This document shows positions 33,961 through 47,300 of a stretch of DNA of 64,000 nucleotides, piece after piece. Origin of the DNA: Macrostomum lignano (taxonomy: Eukaryota); assembly GCA_002269645.1 (NCBI GenBank), contig NIVC01003967.1, positions 1 through 64,000 on the forward strand, given 5' to 3'. The notes under the pieces are model-generated. The model saw only the letters and a list, made by a program, of their open reading frames with translations. It searched no databases and had not been told where the DNA came from. How positions within the stretch are numbered: the first letter of the stretch is position 1; each line of letters opens with the position of its first letter. The translations under genes and the position numbers were made by a program.

Positions 33961-34639
33961 GTAAGTGCTGCATGGCGTTAGGCACGCAGATTTAAGACCA
34001 CAAAGTGTCTTTTGATAGACAAAGAAGCCTCGCTGAGAAGGTTAACGATAATTTATGGTCGGATCACTACCAACGGCCATATCTCGTATGCATTAGCAAG
34101 CTCAATGAAATCTCAAGAAGGCCTTCTGCAACGACAGACAGTAAAAAAGAAGACAATAAGACACACTAGGGTACACTAATACAATAATAAAACTCATAGA
34201 TAGTACTAAGACAGCTTAAGACTAAAAAGTGCATCAGCCAGAGACTTATGTACAAAGCGACGAAAAGAGATATGCAGGCTTTGTGAGAAGGGAAAAAACT
34301 CCTTCTGTGTATTTGATGCCAGTGTGAACGAACATTATAGCTCTCTATAATAAATTCTCTATATAGTTCTCTACAGTTAAACTATTGTTGCATGCCATTG
34401 ATCGATGTATGCATGGAGAAAGTGAACAGGAAGATTAGCAATTTTGAACGACTTGGAAAATTGTTCAATAAGTGAGGACCATATACGAGATTGAATGATT
34501 TCCAGTTTAAAAAAACTGAAACCATTTTAGTATATGGGGACTAGACAGTGCACCCCCAGGGGGGATAGTCAGGTAAATTATTTTCGATTTTCGACAGCTG
34601 ACACTGCCGCATACAGAAACTGCTCTCAACTTTGTGCAG

Positions 34640-35102
34640 CTATCTCGAATCCTCTGTCGTTGGGCGGCAGAAACGGAGCCGACAGCTCGCCCAGATGCGC
34701 CGCTTTGAGTCCCGAACGGCGGCGCAACTCGCCGGCTTGTCGTCAGTTCGTCGGCCGTCCCTGGACGCTGTCGGCCGAATCAAGCCGCCGCCGGGCTACA
34801 AACGATACCCGCCGACGCGTTTGTCGAAACCAACGGCTCTCGTTGACGAACTGGACCCGGACTCCGCCGAGGTGATCACGGCTGACATGCAGCCGGACCT
34901 GTTTGGAAAGCTGGTGAAGAAGCGCCCGCCAAAACTGTGGAAGCTCAGCTACAAGACTGCTGGCGGCGGTGGCGACCAAGCCTTGAAGCGACAGCAGGCG
35001 CCTGCGAAGATAAAGACCCGATTTGAGCTGGCGAAATCTCCGACTAAATCGGCGTTTGCTACCGCCGACTGCATGCTGGCTCCGTCTGGAGGCAGAGACT
35101 GA
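34640..35102 (+). CDS. TEX52: Last exon of the TEX52-like gene
   Basis: Acceptor tttgtgcag at 34639 in matching phase (GA|C); RRPSLDAVGRIKPPPGYKRY resembles TEX52 [20 protein letters not shown]; reconstructed protein 310 aa. Confidence 0.6.
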
Positions 35103-36609
35103 TTTGAGTGTTGCTTGTTTGGTGCACTCAATTTGACTAACAACATAAGGGGCAAATCCGGGTGTAAAGTCGGGATTTTAATTGGTGAATCACGGCAATC
35201 TTTAGTGACGTCAATTCATTGGAGTATGGAGCCGAATAGTTACTGGGACCGCACCCTAATTGCGGCCATTCGATCGCTATGTACAGTTAACTCGTACACC
35301 ATCATGTACATGAACACCAACTTTTTTCTAGTGATAAGTAAGCAACGGAATGATGTGAAATTTGGTTTTTCAAAGAGTTGAATAATCGTGTTTCTCTTGC
35401 GACTTTTATAAACAAAAAGTTGTCTCTCTTTATATTCGTGAAGAAACAATAAAATATACCCATTCTTATATTGCAAAATGTTGAAGATATACTTAAAAAA
35501 TCTTACAATTATTACTGCCAGTAGTGCAAAAAGCAAAAAAAGCTTATCCTCGGAAGGAGAGAAATCAAAGCTAAATACTACGTAGCTTTTCTATGCATAG
35601 ATAGAATTACGTAGGGCATTAGCTAGGATATAAAAAATGCGAGCATTCGAACACTCAAAGCCATCTACACTTGAGACAGTCAAACTCTCGCTTTATAATT
35701 AAATTTTTATCTATAAAGCCTATAGAAAAGATGGACCAGGGACAGACGCGTGCCAAACACTGACAAGTTGCTGTTTGCATTGCCACTATGATGAATAGAA
35801 AAATAAGAAGCCTCGATCGCTTAAGCTGACTACCTGCAACGGCAAGCTGGTACTCACAGAAGGAGAAGGCAAACCCTGTGTCTTTTCGTAGAGCTAGTTT
35901 GAGACACTGGGCAAGACAAGCAGTCAAATTTCTGTGACATGTCAGACGTGATTTTGTGCTTGAAGAAAAGAAATAAACGCGAGATTGAGACTTTTTTATC
36001 TTTTTATTTAAACTAAACTCAAACCAGAGAGTTGTTTTGCTGCAAGGAAAATACTGACGGCAGCAACTGACAGAATTATATTTAGTAGTCAGTAGTTTTA
36101 ACCAATAATTTATCCGGGGCCCACAGCATGGCCGCACACCCGGAAATGGAATTCAGTTCTAGCTGATAAGGGCGCTCCAGACATTTTTATGGTGCTTAAC
36201 ACCCCTAAAGCAGCTGGCGCACCGTCTGTTCAGTTTAATGTCAAGGATGCCTATGGTAGTCTTAAGTCCTTGTTAAATTCCATAGCTAGCAGTTATTGAG
36301 ACCAACAATAGATGAAAAGCTCGATTTAATTTGATTATAAAAAACTGACAACCCAAAGTTCTGATCATTTGAGTGATTTTTGCAGAAGCGAAATATGGGC
36401 ATAAAATTGGGTTTTAGCGCAAAATTCAGGACTGGAAGTCATACGCGTATTATTCCTACAGGTTTTCTCAGGTTCTTTTCATTCAAAAGGCTTTTGCAAA
36501 ATTCAGACGCAATGCATAAGACACGACAATTTAAGTAACCAGCATGTAGAGACAGAGTACAACGGTCACAGCGGTAAACGCGTGACTCGGACTGGTTGTT
36601 CACACCTAT

Positions 36610-36700
36610 AAGTGGCCCCCAGGACAGTGTACATGTCTGACTATTAGAAAGTCAGGGCCCCTGTACACCCTGTGTGAGCGTGTGCATGAGTCCAGGGTGC
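36610..36700 (+). mobile_element. SINE core fragment
   Basis: GTGTACATGTCTGAC..GTCAGGGCCCCTGTACACCCTGTGTGAG, same core as 863 and 1335. Confidence 0.55.
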
Positions 36701-36721
36701 TCTCAGATCTCCTACGAATAC

Positions 36722-36870
36722 TATAGCATTTCTCAAGCCAATTGATCCTAGGAGCAAGCAATTTAATCCTTAGTGGGAAAATCAAGCTATTGAAGACTTG
36801 CTTTTCATCGTCTATGGCCTAAGGATTAAATTGCTTGCTCCTAGGCTCAATTGGCTTGAAAAATGCTATA
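36722..36870. mobile_element. Foldback MITE-like element
   Basis: 52-bp inverted arms (36722-36773 / 36819-36870) with two mismatches; TA at both ends. Confidence 0.7.
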
Positions 36871-37958
36871 TTACTATTTACACTGTTCGAGATTTGTATT
36901 TCACACTACACACTACTACGCTCGTATTTGACAAGAGAAAATAAAAAGCAGAAGATACGAGCATGCATGCAAATAATTCTGTGACGGAACACCTCAAATT
37001 CCGCAGGTTTTCCTTATTATTTTTAATCCAAACTTCATTTAAATACAGGTAAAAGAGGGTTAAAATTATTTTCGGAGTCCTTGAATGAGTAGTAAAAGAT
37101 AATCACATACTATTACGGCCATAGACATCAAATCTGATTGGTATTTAAAGTCATTTGAAACAAGGTGTGGCTCTGCCAGTCGATCCCAAAACAACTAAAA
37201 CAGCTACTCGCACATTAATCGACTATAAGAAGTTGCATTCTTACTTTCTGGCAAGTCAACATAGCAAATATAGCAAATAATTTGCTTTGCACTTTGTTTC
37301 TGTTTTGACTGACTCTGCATGGTTCCACGATTGCTTTCTGGCTGCATTGCTGATTCGGACATTTAAAATTATTTTAGGCTGAGTAAATAATCGTACGAGC
37401 AGATCGTATTTAACTTAGGTACGAATTAATTAAGCGACTTAGCACTGGAGGTCGGTCTGCAGGAATGTTTAACCAAAGTTCCCAATAGCCTAGTGTCGGT
37501 CAGGACACTTCCCTACGTTCCCTTCTCTAAAAAGCCTTCCCTACGGGGCTTGAATTACATGAATTGTACTAAAAAAGACGACAAAGCAAAGCTGCGCGTT
37601 CGAGAATAAAATTTGCCAGGTGTTCAAGCAAAACTAATAAAACCCACCAACAGCATTCACCGGCGCGGTAGAAAAGACCGCTAGATAACGATTATAAGAG
37701 ACCTTGCTCAGGCCACAACAGGGGCTAAGATAGGCGCTGGAAATTCTGTCCGGCCTTAGCACTTTTCCGCCATTGGCTGGCCGAGCGACTTCTGCACGAA
37801 CTGACCGTATTTAAATAAAAAAGCAACGCTGATTATTTTGTTGCGCGCAGTAGAACAGACGGCAGAGTTATAACAGCTGGTAGCTCTGAACTCAATCTAA
37901 ATTGAAAGCATAGAAACAAACAACATTATAAACCTGTCAGCTCGACTGCTTGGAAGAA

Positions 37959-39131
37959 ATGGACACTTACAGCGGCGAAAACGCCACGGACTGTATGCAG
38001 AGTCTCGAAGATCGCTACAACAGCACCCTGGGAGTGTGCAGCGCATTTCTACCGGGTGTTGTCACCTTTGCCCGAATCATCATTCCGATGTGGATAGCCC
38101 TAGGCGTGCCAGGTTCGCTCCTGAGCTTGCTGGTGTGGAGCAGCAAGCCGATGCGCTCGTCCTCAAGCGTCTACCTCTGCGCACTGGCTATTCTAGACCT
38201 GATGTTCCTGCTCTGCCAGCAGCTGCCGTTTCACCTGTATTTATACTACGACATCAAGGTAATGTACAATCCACTCATGTGCAGAGCATTCCCAGTGTAC
38301 AACATGTGGCTGCAGTACCTGTCGCCCCTGCTAACCCTCGGTTTCACTGTCGAACGCTACATCGGCATCTGTCATCCATTCAGCCGGAAAGAATTCTGCA
38401 CAGTTCGACGCGCTATTATCGTTGTCTCATGCATGACCGTTGCCTGTCTAGTACTGGGCCTAGTGCAGCTGCACTTTTACCGGTACAATCCAGTCGAAGC
38501 CACTTGCTCGGAGGATTTGCGAATATTCGATCCGAGCACGTTCGAGCATCGGTTCTACAGCGGCTGGTCCAAGCTCACCGAGGTGCTGTTCTTCGCCCTG
38601 GCTCCAGTAGCCATTCTAGTCTTCAACATTCTCGTGCTAGTCGAGGCTCGACGTGTCATCCGGAAACGACCAGCCGGTACTGGTCAGAGAAAATCCGCCG
38701 CTACCACGGCCACTCTGCTAACCGTCAGTTTCTATCAGATTGGCGCGGTGCTACCCGTCACGATTCTATTGTTTGTCGGGCTGGCAATTCTCACCGAGGC
38801 GCCGCAGCTTCCGTGCGGCATTTCAGACTCGGACGCGCTGCATCAAATTACCGATGGCCAGTGGCCGGTGGCCAGGTCCTACCTGACCTACCTGACAGTG
38901 AGCCGAATAGTCGACTGTCTGGCTGTCAGTCATTACGCTATGAAGTTTGTCATCTACCTGGCAACAGGCCAAGGCTTCAGGCGCCAACTGGGTCAAAGCC
39001 TGCCGCGCTTCCTGCACTGCGGCAGCGCAGACGACTACGACGGGATCCGACAGCACAGGAGTCAACAGCGGAGAAGGAAGCGAGCGGCGAACAGCTGCCT
39101 GGCGTCGGATGGTACAGCAATGCTGCCATAG
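37959..39131 (+). CDS. Rhodopsin-family peptide GPCR (FMRFamide/sex-peptide-receptor-like), intronless
   Basis: Seven hydrophobic segments; LAILD (TM2); ERYIGICHP; N-glycosylation sites at N-terminus; ATG at 37959. Confidence 0.92.
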   Translation: MDTYSGENATDCMQSLEDRYNSTLGVCSAFLPGVVTFARIIIPMWIALGVPGSLLSLLVWSSKPMRSSSSVYLCALAILDLMFLLCQQLPFHLYLYYDIKVMYNPLMCRAFPVYNMWLQYLSPLLTLGFTVERYIGICHPFSRKEFCTVRRAIIVVSCMTVACLVLGLVQLHFYRYNPVEATCSEDLRIFDPSTFEHRFYSGWSKLTEVLFFALAPVAILVFNILVLVEARRVIRKRPAGTGQRKSAATTATLLTVSFYQIGAVLPVTILLFVGLAILTEAPQLPCGISDSDALHQITDGQWPVARSYLTYLTVSRIVDCLAVSHYAMKFVIYLATGQGFRRQLGQSLPRFLHCGSADDYDGIRQHRSQQRRRKRAANSCLASDGTAMLP

Positions 39132-39329
39132 AAACTGACATTTTGTTGAATAGTTCACGGTAAATGTGCATGCATTGACTTCTCCACTCTGTAATTCTAA
39201 GTGTATGATATAAAAAAGGAAAATAAATTCTATTGACTTTCAGTAGCGTGCTAACAGTAGCAATGATGCCCATTTTTAGGGCTCCTTAATTATATTCAAA
39301 TCAGTCATTCAGTCGGTAACAGATAGATA

Positions 39330-39365
39330 TTTAGGTTAGTTAGTTCGTCAGTTAGTTAGTCAGTC

Positions 39366-39420
<55 letters not shown>

Positions 39421-39545
39421 CAGTCAGTTAGTTAGTTAGTGAGTCAGATATTTAGTTAGTTAGTTAGTTAGTTAGCTAGTTAGTTAGTTAGTTAGTTAGT
39501 TAGATATTTATTTAGTTAGTTAGTTAGTCAGTCAGATATTTAGTT
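39330..39545. repeat. (TTAG)/(TCAG)n microsatellite
   Basis: Direct reading. Confidence 0.9.
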
Positions 39546-39861
39546 ATTCGGTCGTTTATTGTTCCTACCTAAAAATAGAATCGCATTGGGAACAAATAAT
39601 GACAGCTAAGCTGATAAAGTTAGGGAATCGAATACAAAAGATAATTTTTGTCTAAACCGAAAATACCTTCGGATAGTAAAGCTTACAAATATTTAGCAAA
39701 ACACAAAAACATGTGACGTCGAAAATATCTTTAGGATAATACAGAAAATATCTGCATTAGGCCGGCTTCAAGGACTAGAGACGAGAAAAAATATGGCTTC
39801 CATGATATGTAAGGTTATTGAAATCCCACAAGAAAAAAAGAATCGACATCGAATGTACAGC

Positions 39862-40475
39862 TGAATCTTATCCATATCTATCGGCTGAATCTCATCTATA
39901 TCTATTAGCTGAATCTCATCTATATCTATCAGCTGAATCTCATCTATATCTATCAGCTGAATCTCATCTATATCTATCAGCTGAATCTCATCCATATCTA
40001 TCAGCTGAATCTCATCTATATCTATCAGCTGAATCTCATCCATATCTATCAGCTGAATCTCATCTATATCTATCAGCTGAATCTCATCTATATCTATCAG
40101 CTGAATCTCATCTATATCTATCAGCTGAATCTCATCCATATCTATCAGCTGAATCTCATCTATATCTATCAGCTGAATCTCATCCATATCTATCAGCTGA
40201 ATCTCATCTATATCTATCAGCTGAATCTCATCTATATCTATCAGCTGAATCTCATCCATATCTATCAGCTGAATCTCATCTATATCTATCAGCTGAATCT
40301 CATCTATATCTATCAGCTGAATCTCATCCATATCTATCAGCTGAATCTCATCCATATCTATCAGCTGAATCTCATCCATATCTATCAGCTGAATCTCATC
40401 TATATCTATCAGCTGAATCTCATCTATATCTATCAGCTGAATCTCATCTATATCTATCAGCTAAATCTCATCCAT
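39862..40475. repeat. 24-bp minisatellite, ~25 copies
   Basis: Unit TATCTATCAGCTGAATCTCAT(CT/CC)A. Confidence 0.93.
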
Positions 40476-40959
40476 CTCTAAAACATTATGCAGATTAGGA
40501 TAAAAAATAAATCATAAAACAGAGCAGAACTATTTCACAGGCATTTCCAGCTTAATGCTAAGTTTGTTTTAATTACACTTTTGCAGATAAGGTCGGTATA
40601 TTTTACAATGGGAAATTCAACCAAAAGACAAAAAGTACAAAGTTAAGAGAGGAAAATGTTTATAAGAAAAATAGCATATATTCTTAGTATAGGCGTACGA
40701 GTATACCATTGTACATACATAGTGTTGAAAGTAAATGTGTATAAATGCTTCATATAAAAGTTCACACGTACTTTTATGCGCAAATATATTAAAAAAGCAT
40801 GCAAAACTTCAACAACATAAGATAAGTGTGCCATTTCAAACTTACGCCTACACGGTGAATTGCAGCCTACAATCACCGAATCTCACATTAAATCCTACAA
40901 ATTCTAGGATTCTCAAGTCCAAAGAATTTTGAAATTCCAAGGACATACCAAATCTTTTT

Positions 40960-41310
40960 GAATCTCACCCTAAAACCACAATCTTACCCTGAAATTATAA
41001 TCTCAGCCTAGAATCGAAATCTCACCCTAGAATCACAATCTCACCCTCGAATCACAAGCTCACCCTAGAATCACAATCTCACTATAGAATCACAATCTCA
41101 CCCTAAAATCACAATCTCACTATAGAACCACAATCTCATCCTATAATTAAAATCTCGACCTAGAATCACAGTCTCACCCTGAGATAACAATCTCACCCTA
41201 GAATCAAAATCTAACCCTAAAATTGTTAAAATCTCGCCCTAAATCAGTAAATTCTCACCCTTAGGCACGAATATCTCACCCTAAAATCACAAAATCTCAC
41301 AGGCCCAGCT
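40960..41310. repeat. Degenerate ~20-bp tandem repeat
   Basis: Unit AATCTCACCCTAGAATCACA. Confidence 0.8.
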
Positions 41311-41342
41311 TATATCCCGAAAAATTGTCTCACTATAAAAAG

Positions 41343-44300
41343 TCAGACATCCTCGCCAAGGAAGCGCCTGGTCTTACGCAGAGCAGCCTCAACATCCGGC
41401 ACACCACCCGCCGGTGGTCCATCATCGCGCAGAGCATTCCGAATTTTCTCCAACTCAAAGCGAGCCTCCTCAGGCGACGGTCCGAATTCGACTTCGTAGA
41501 ATCTGCCCCGATCTGAGCTGTTCAACCACATGGACCACTCCACAGCCGCTCGAGCATATTTGCTGTAGATCGACGGCGGTTCCGACAGGTTCAACGTCAA
41601 TTCGCTACCGTCTCGAGCGAGCAGACGAGCAAAGCCCATCGGCGGCAGGTCGATAGGAGGCGCCAATGCAACTCGGCTACAGGCGGCTGGGAGAAGCTCC
41701 GGCCTCAGCTGGATGGCGTAGTCTAGCTGGACTCGATCATCGAATACGATTCGTGCACGGCCATTGACGTTGACAGAGAATCGACCGACGCCAGGCACTT
41801 GGCGACAGTCGAGACCCACAGCTGGCTTCACGTCAGACTCTGTTGGCTGGAGAGATAAATGCGTCATGTACTATGTATACATTATGGGGATTACCGCTTG
41901 AACACACGATGGGAATTACCACTTAAATACACGATGGGGATTCCCGCTTGAACACACGATGGGGATTCCCGCTTGAACACACGGTGGGGATTTCTCCCTT
42001 GAACACACGATGGGGATTCCCACTTGAACACACGATGGGGATTTCTCCCTTGAACACACGATGGGGATTCCCACTTGAACACACGATGGGGATTTCTCCC
42101 TTGAACACACGACGGGGATTCCCACTTGAACACACGATGGGAATTACCACTTAAATACACGATGGGGATTCCCGCTTGAACACAAGATGGGGATTTCTCC
42201 CTTGAACACACGATGGGGATTCCCGCTTGAACACACGATGGGGATTCCCGCTTGAACACACGATGGGGATTTCTCCCTTGAACACATGATGGGGATTCCC
42301 GCTTGAACACACGATGGGGATTTCTCCCTTGAACACACGATGGGGATTCCCGCTTGAACACACGGTGGGGATTTCTCCCTTGAACACACGATGGGGATTC
42401 CCGCTTGAACACACGGTGGGGATTTCTCCCTTGAACACACGATGGGGATTCCCACTTGAACACACGATGGGGATTTCTCCCTTGAACACACGATGGGGAT
42501 TCCCACTTGAACACACGATGGGAATTACCACTTAAATACACGATGGGGATTCCCGCTTGAACACAAGATGGAAATTTCTCCCTTGAACACACGATGGGGA
42601 TTTCTCCCTTGAACACACGATGGGGATTTCTCCCTTGAACACACGATGGGGATTCCCGCTTGAATACACAGTGGGAATTCCCAATTAAAAACGCAAAATG
42701 AGGATTCCCACTTAACACGCAATGGGAATTCCCTCTTGAACACAAGATGGGGATTCCCACTTGAACATACGGTGGGGATTTCCACTTGAATAAAAGATGG
42801 GGATTCCCCCTTGAATACACGATGGGAATTCCCCCTTGAACACAAGACGAGGATTCCCGCTTGAACACACGATGGGAATTCCCGCTTAAACACACGATGG
42901 GATTCCCGCTTGAACACACGATGAGAAATCCCGCTTAAACACACGATGGGAATTCCCGCTTGAACACACGCTGGGGATTCCCACTTAAACACAAGATGGG
43001 GGTTCTCACTTAAATACACGGTGGGGATTCCCACTTGAATAAAAGATGGGGATTCCCCCTTGAATACACGATGGGAATTCCCCCTTGAACACAAGATGAG
43101 GATTCCCCCTTGAATACACGATGAGAATTCCCACTCGAATACAGGATGGGGATTCCCGCTTAAACACACGATGGGGATTCCCACTTGAATACACGATGAG
43201 AATTCCTGCTTGAATACACGATGGGAATTCCTACTTAAAAGCACACTTCTCAAAAAGCAACTACGCAATAAAATTGATATTAAAAAAGCTAACTTACGTC
43301 AACATCTCGATCGTCTTGATCGATATTCCAACAGCACTGAGCCGGAACTGACAACTGAGACTGCTCAGCTTCGATGGCCAGCAGTGAGCACAGAGCAGCA
43401 GCTCTCTTAACAGTCCGAGCCAGATACTGGTCGCTGCTGCCTCCGCCGCCCCGACAGACCAGATCCGCAGTACGGCACCAGCTCTGCGACCCGTCGCCAG
43501 CTAAGCGTTCAAAATAAGCGCCGCGTAGGTCGCGAGAAATCAAAACGGATTTGTCGCCAGGTTGCACCAGAACTGCTGGCGAGGCAGCGCCACTGCCGCT
43601 GCTGCGTCTAGCGAGTCTGATGATGGAGATTGGGCGAAACATGAAGATTGGCCTTTATGGGCGTGAATCGCAGAAAACCCCACCTGGACAATTCTCGAAT
43701 CTTCCAGGCCGTCAGGAAGAACAAGCATAATAGATATTTCACAAATTTATCCAATTCAACTTGCAGATCTGTTTACACTACTAACAGTAGGCTCGCTTGC
43801 AAATCACCTGTACACGACGCCATCTCGGCAGACGATGCGTATGGATTTCAGCTCAGGCGCCGCCGCAGACAGCCATTGAAGGCCCGAAGGTGGAGTTGGA
43901 GCTGAGGATGCGCCGAAACCGAACTCGTGCAGATGTGGCTGACGACAGCGGCGGGGCACTGGCTGAGTACGGGGAGTGGCCACCGCCCACCGCGACCCGG
44001 ACTGGCCTCTGTGTGATAATTTATTAACCAATATGTATGCATAGGTGTGATGACTTACCATTTAGGATTGTGAAATCAGCGAACTCAAATAGCGCATGCT
44101 TTACGAATTCAGTTATAATGCGATTCACTAATTCAGAGACACAGATTCACTGATTCCGAAATACAGATTCACCAATTCAGAGATACAGATTCACCAATTC
44201 AGAGATACAGATTCACCAATTCAGAGACACGGATTCACTGATTCAGAAATACAGATTCACCAATTCAGAGATACAGATTCACCAATTCAGAGATACAGAT

Positions 44301-47300
44301 TCACCAATTCAGAGACACGGATTCACTGATTCAGAAATACAGATTCACCAATTCAGAGATACAGATTCACCAATTCAGAGATACGGATTCACCAATTCAG
44401 AGATACGGTTTCACTAATTCAGAGATACGGTTTTACCAATTTAGAGACACGGATTCACTGATTCAGAAATACAGATTCACCAATTCAGAGATACAGATTC
44501 ACCAATTCAGAGACACGGATTCACTGATTCAGAAATACAGATTCACCAATTCAGAGATACAGATTCACCAATTCAGAGATACGGATTCACCAATTCAGAG
44601 ATACAGATTCACCAATTCAGAGATACAGATTCACCAATTCAGAGACACGGATTCACTGATTCAGAAATACAGATTCACCAATTCAGAGATACAGATTCAC
44701 CAATTCAGAGACACGGATTCACTGATTCAGAAATACAGATTCACCAATTCAGAGATACAGATTCACCAATTCAGAGATACGGATTCACCAATTCAGAGAT
44801 ACGGTTTCACTAATTCAGAGATACGGTTTTACCAATTCAGAGATACAGATTCACTAATTCAGAGATACAGATTCACCAATTTAGAGACACGGATTCACTG
44901 ATTCAGAAATACAGATTCACCAATTCAGAGATACAGATTCACCAATTCAGAGATACAGATTCACCAATTCAGAAATACAGATTCACCAATTCAGAGATAC
45001 AGATTCACCAATTCAGAGATACAGATTCACCAATTCAGAGATACAGATTCACCAATTCAGAAATACAGATTCACTAATTCAGAGATTCGGATTCACCAAT
45101 TCAGAGATACAGATTCACCAATTCAGAGACATGGATTCACTGATTCAGAGATACAGATTCACCAATTCAGAGATACAGATTCACCAATTCAGAGATACAG
45201 ATTCCCCAATTCAGAGATACAGATTCACCAATTCAAAGATACAGATTCACCAATTCAGAAATACAGATTCACCAATTCAAAGATACAGATTCACCAATTC
45301 AGAAATACAGATTCACCAATTCAGAGATACAAATTCGCCAATTCAGAAATACAGATTCACCAATTCAGAGATACAGATTCACCAATTCATAGATACAGAT
45401 TCACCAATTCAGAGATACAGATTCGCCAATTCAGAAATACAGATTCACCAATTCAGAGATACAGATTCACCAATTCAGAGATACAGATTCCCCAATTCAG
45501 AAATACAGATTCACCAATTCAAAGATACAGATTCACCAATTCAGAAATACAGATTCACCAATTCAGAGATACAAATTCACCAATTCAGAAATACAGATTC
45601 ACTAATTCAGAGATTCGGATTCACCAATTCAGAGATACAGATTCACCAATTCAGAGACACGGATTCACTGATTCAGAAATACAGATTCACCAATTCAGAG
45701 ATACAGATTCACAAATTCAGAGACACAGATTCACCAATTCAGAGATACAGATTCACCAATTCAGAGATACAGATTCACCAATTCAGAGATACAGATTCCC
45801 CAATTCAGAGATACAGATTCACCAATTCAAAGATACAGATTCACCAATTCAGAAATACAGATTCACCAATTCAGAGATACAAATTCGCCAATTCAGAAAT
45901 AAAGATTCACCAATTCAGAGATACAGATTCACCAATTCATAGATACAGATTCACCAATTCAGAGATACAGATTCGCCAATTCAGAAATACAGATTCACTA
46001 ATTCAGAGATTCGGATTCACCAATTCAGAGATACAGATTCACCAATTCAGAGACATGGATTCACTGATTCAGAAATACAGATTCACCAATTCAGAGATAC
46101 AGATTCACCAATTCAGAGATACAGATTCACCAATTCAGAGATACGGATTTACCAATTCAGAGACACAGATTCACCAATTCAGAGATACAGATTCACCAAT
46201 TCAGAGATACGGATTCACCAATTCAGAGATACGGTTTCACTAATTCAGAGATCCGGATCTACCAATTCAGAAATTCGGACATGTCAACTCAGATAGGATA
46301 TTCACTGAACTCGAACTAATAGAAGAAAAAGTCATAGTAGAGAAAGCATTAAACTTTACCTACCTAGCTCCCAAATCAGGCCAATGTCCTATGTGGTTTA
46401 TTTGAACCAATCGACCAAACTTTTCCGGCGTTGTTGCGGCGTCAAACGGTTGGCCAAGAGCCAAACCGACAGGAACCTGAAATTGATTGGTTGACTGAGA
46501 AAATGAAACTCAAACTTTTAGTCTAGGGGCCAATCTGGGGGCGCCAATGTTAAGAAAAATGTATTATTAAATGTACGTATGAGGGTATCCAATCTAGGGT
46601 GCTAGGGGGCGCCAATCCGGGTGCTAGGTGAGGCGCCAATCCGGGTGCTAGGTGAGGCGCCAATCTGGGTGCTGGGGAGGCGCCAATCCAAGTGCTAGGG
46701 GAGGCGCCAATCTGGTTGCTAGGAGAGGCGCCAATCTGGGTGCTGGGGGAGGCGCCAATCTGGGTGCTAGGGGAGGCGCCAATCTGGTTGCTAGGAGAGG
46801 CGCCAATCTGGGTGCTGGGAGAGGCGCCAATCCAGGTACTAGAGGAGGCGCCAATCCAGGTACTAGGGGAGGCGCCAATCTAGGTGCTGGGAGGGGCGCC
46901 AATTCAGGTGCTAGGGGAGGCGCCAATCCAGTTACTAGGGGAGGCGCCAATCTGGGTGCTAGGAGAGGCGCCAATCCAGGTACTAGGGGAGGCGCCAATC
47001 TGGGTGCTAGGAGAGGCGCCAATCTGGGTGCTGGGAGAGGCGCCAATCCAGGTACTAGGGGAGGCGCCAATCTAGGTGCTAGGGGAGGCGCCAATCAGGC
47101 GCCAATCTGGGTGCTGGAAAAGGCGCCAATCTGGGTGCTAGGTGAGGCGCCAATCTGGGTATTAGGTGAGGCGCCAATCTGGGTGCTGGGGGAGGCGCCA
47201 ATCCGGGTGCTAGGTGAGGCGCCAATCTGGGTGCTAGGTGAGGCGCTAATCTGGGTGCTAGGGGAGGCGCCAATCTGGGTGCTGGGAGAGGCGCCAATCC

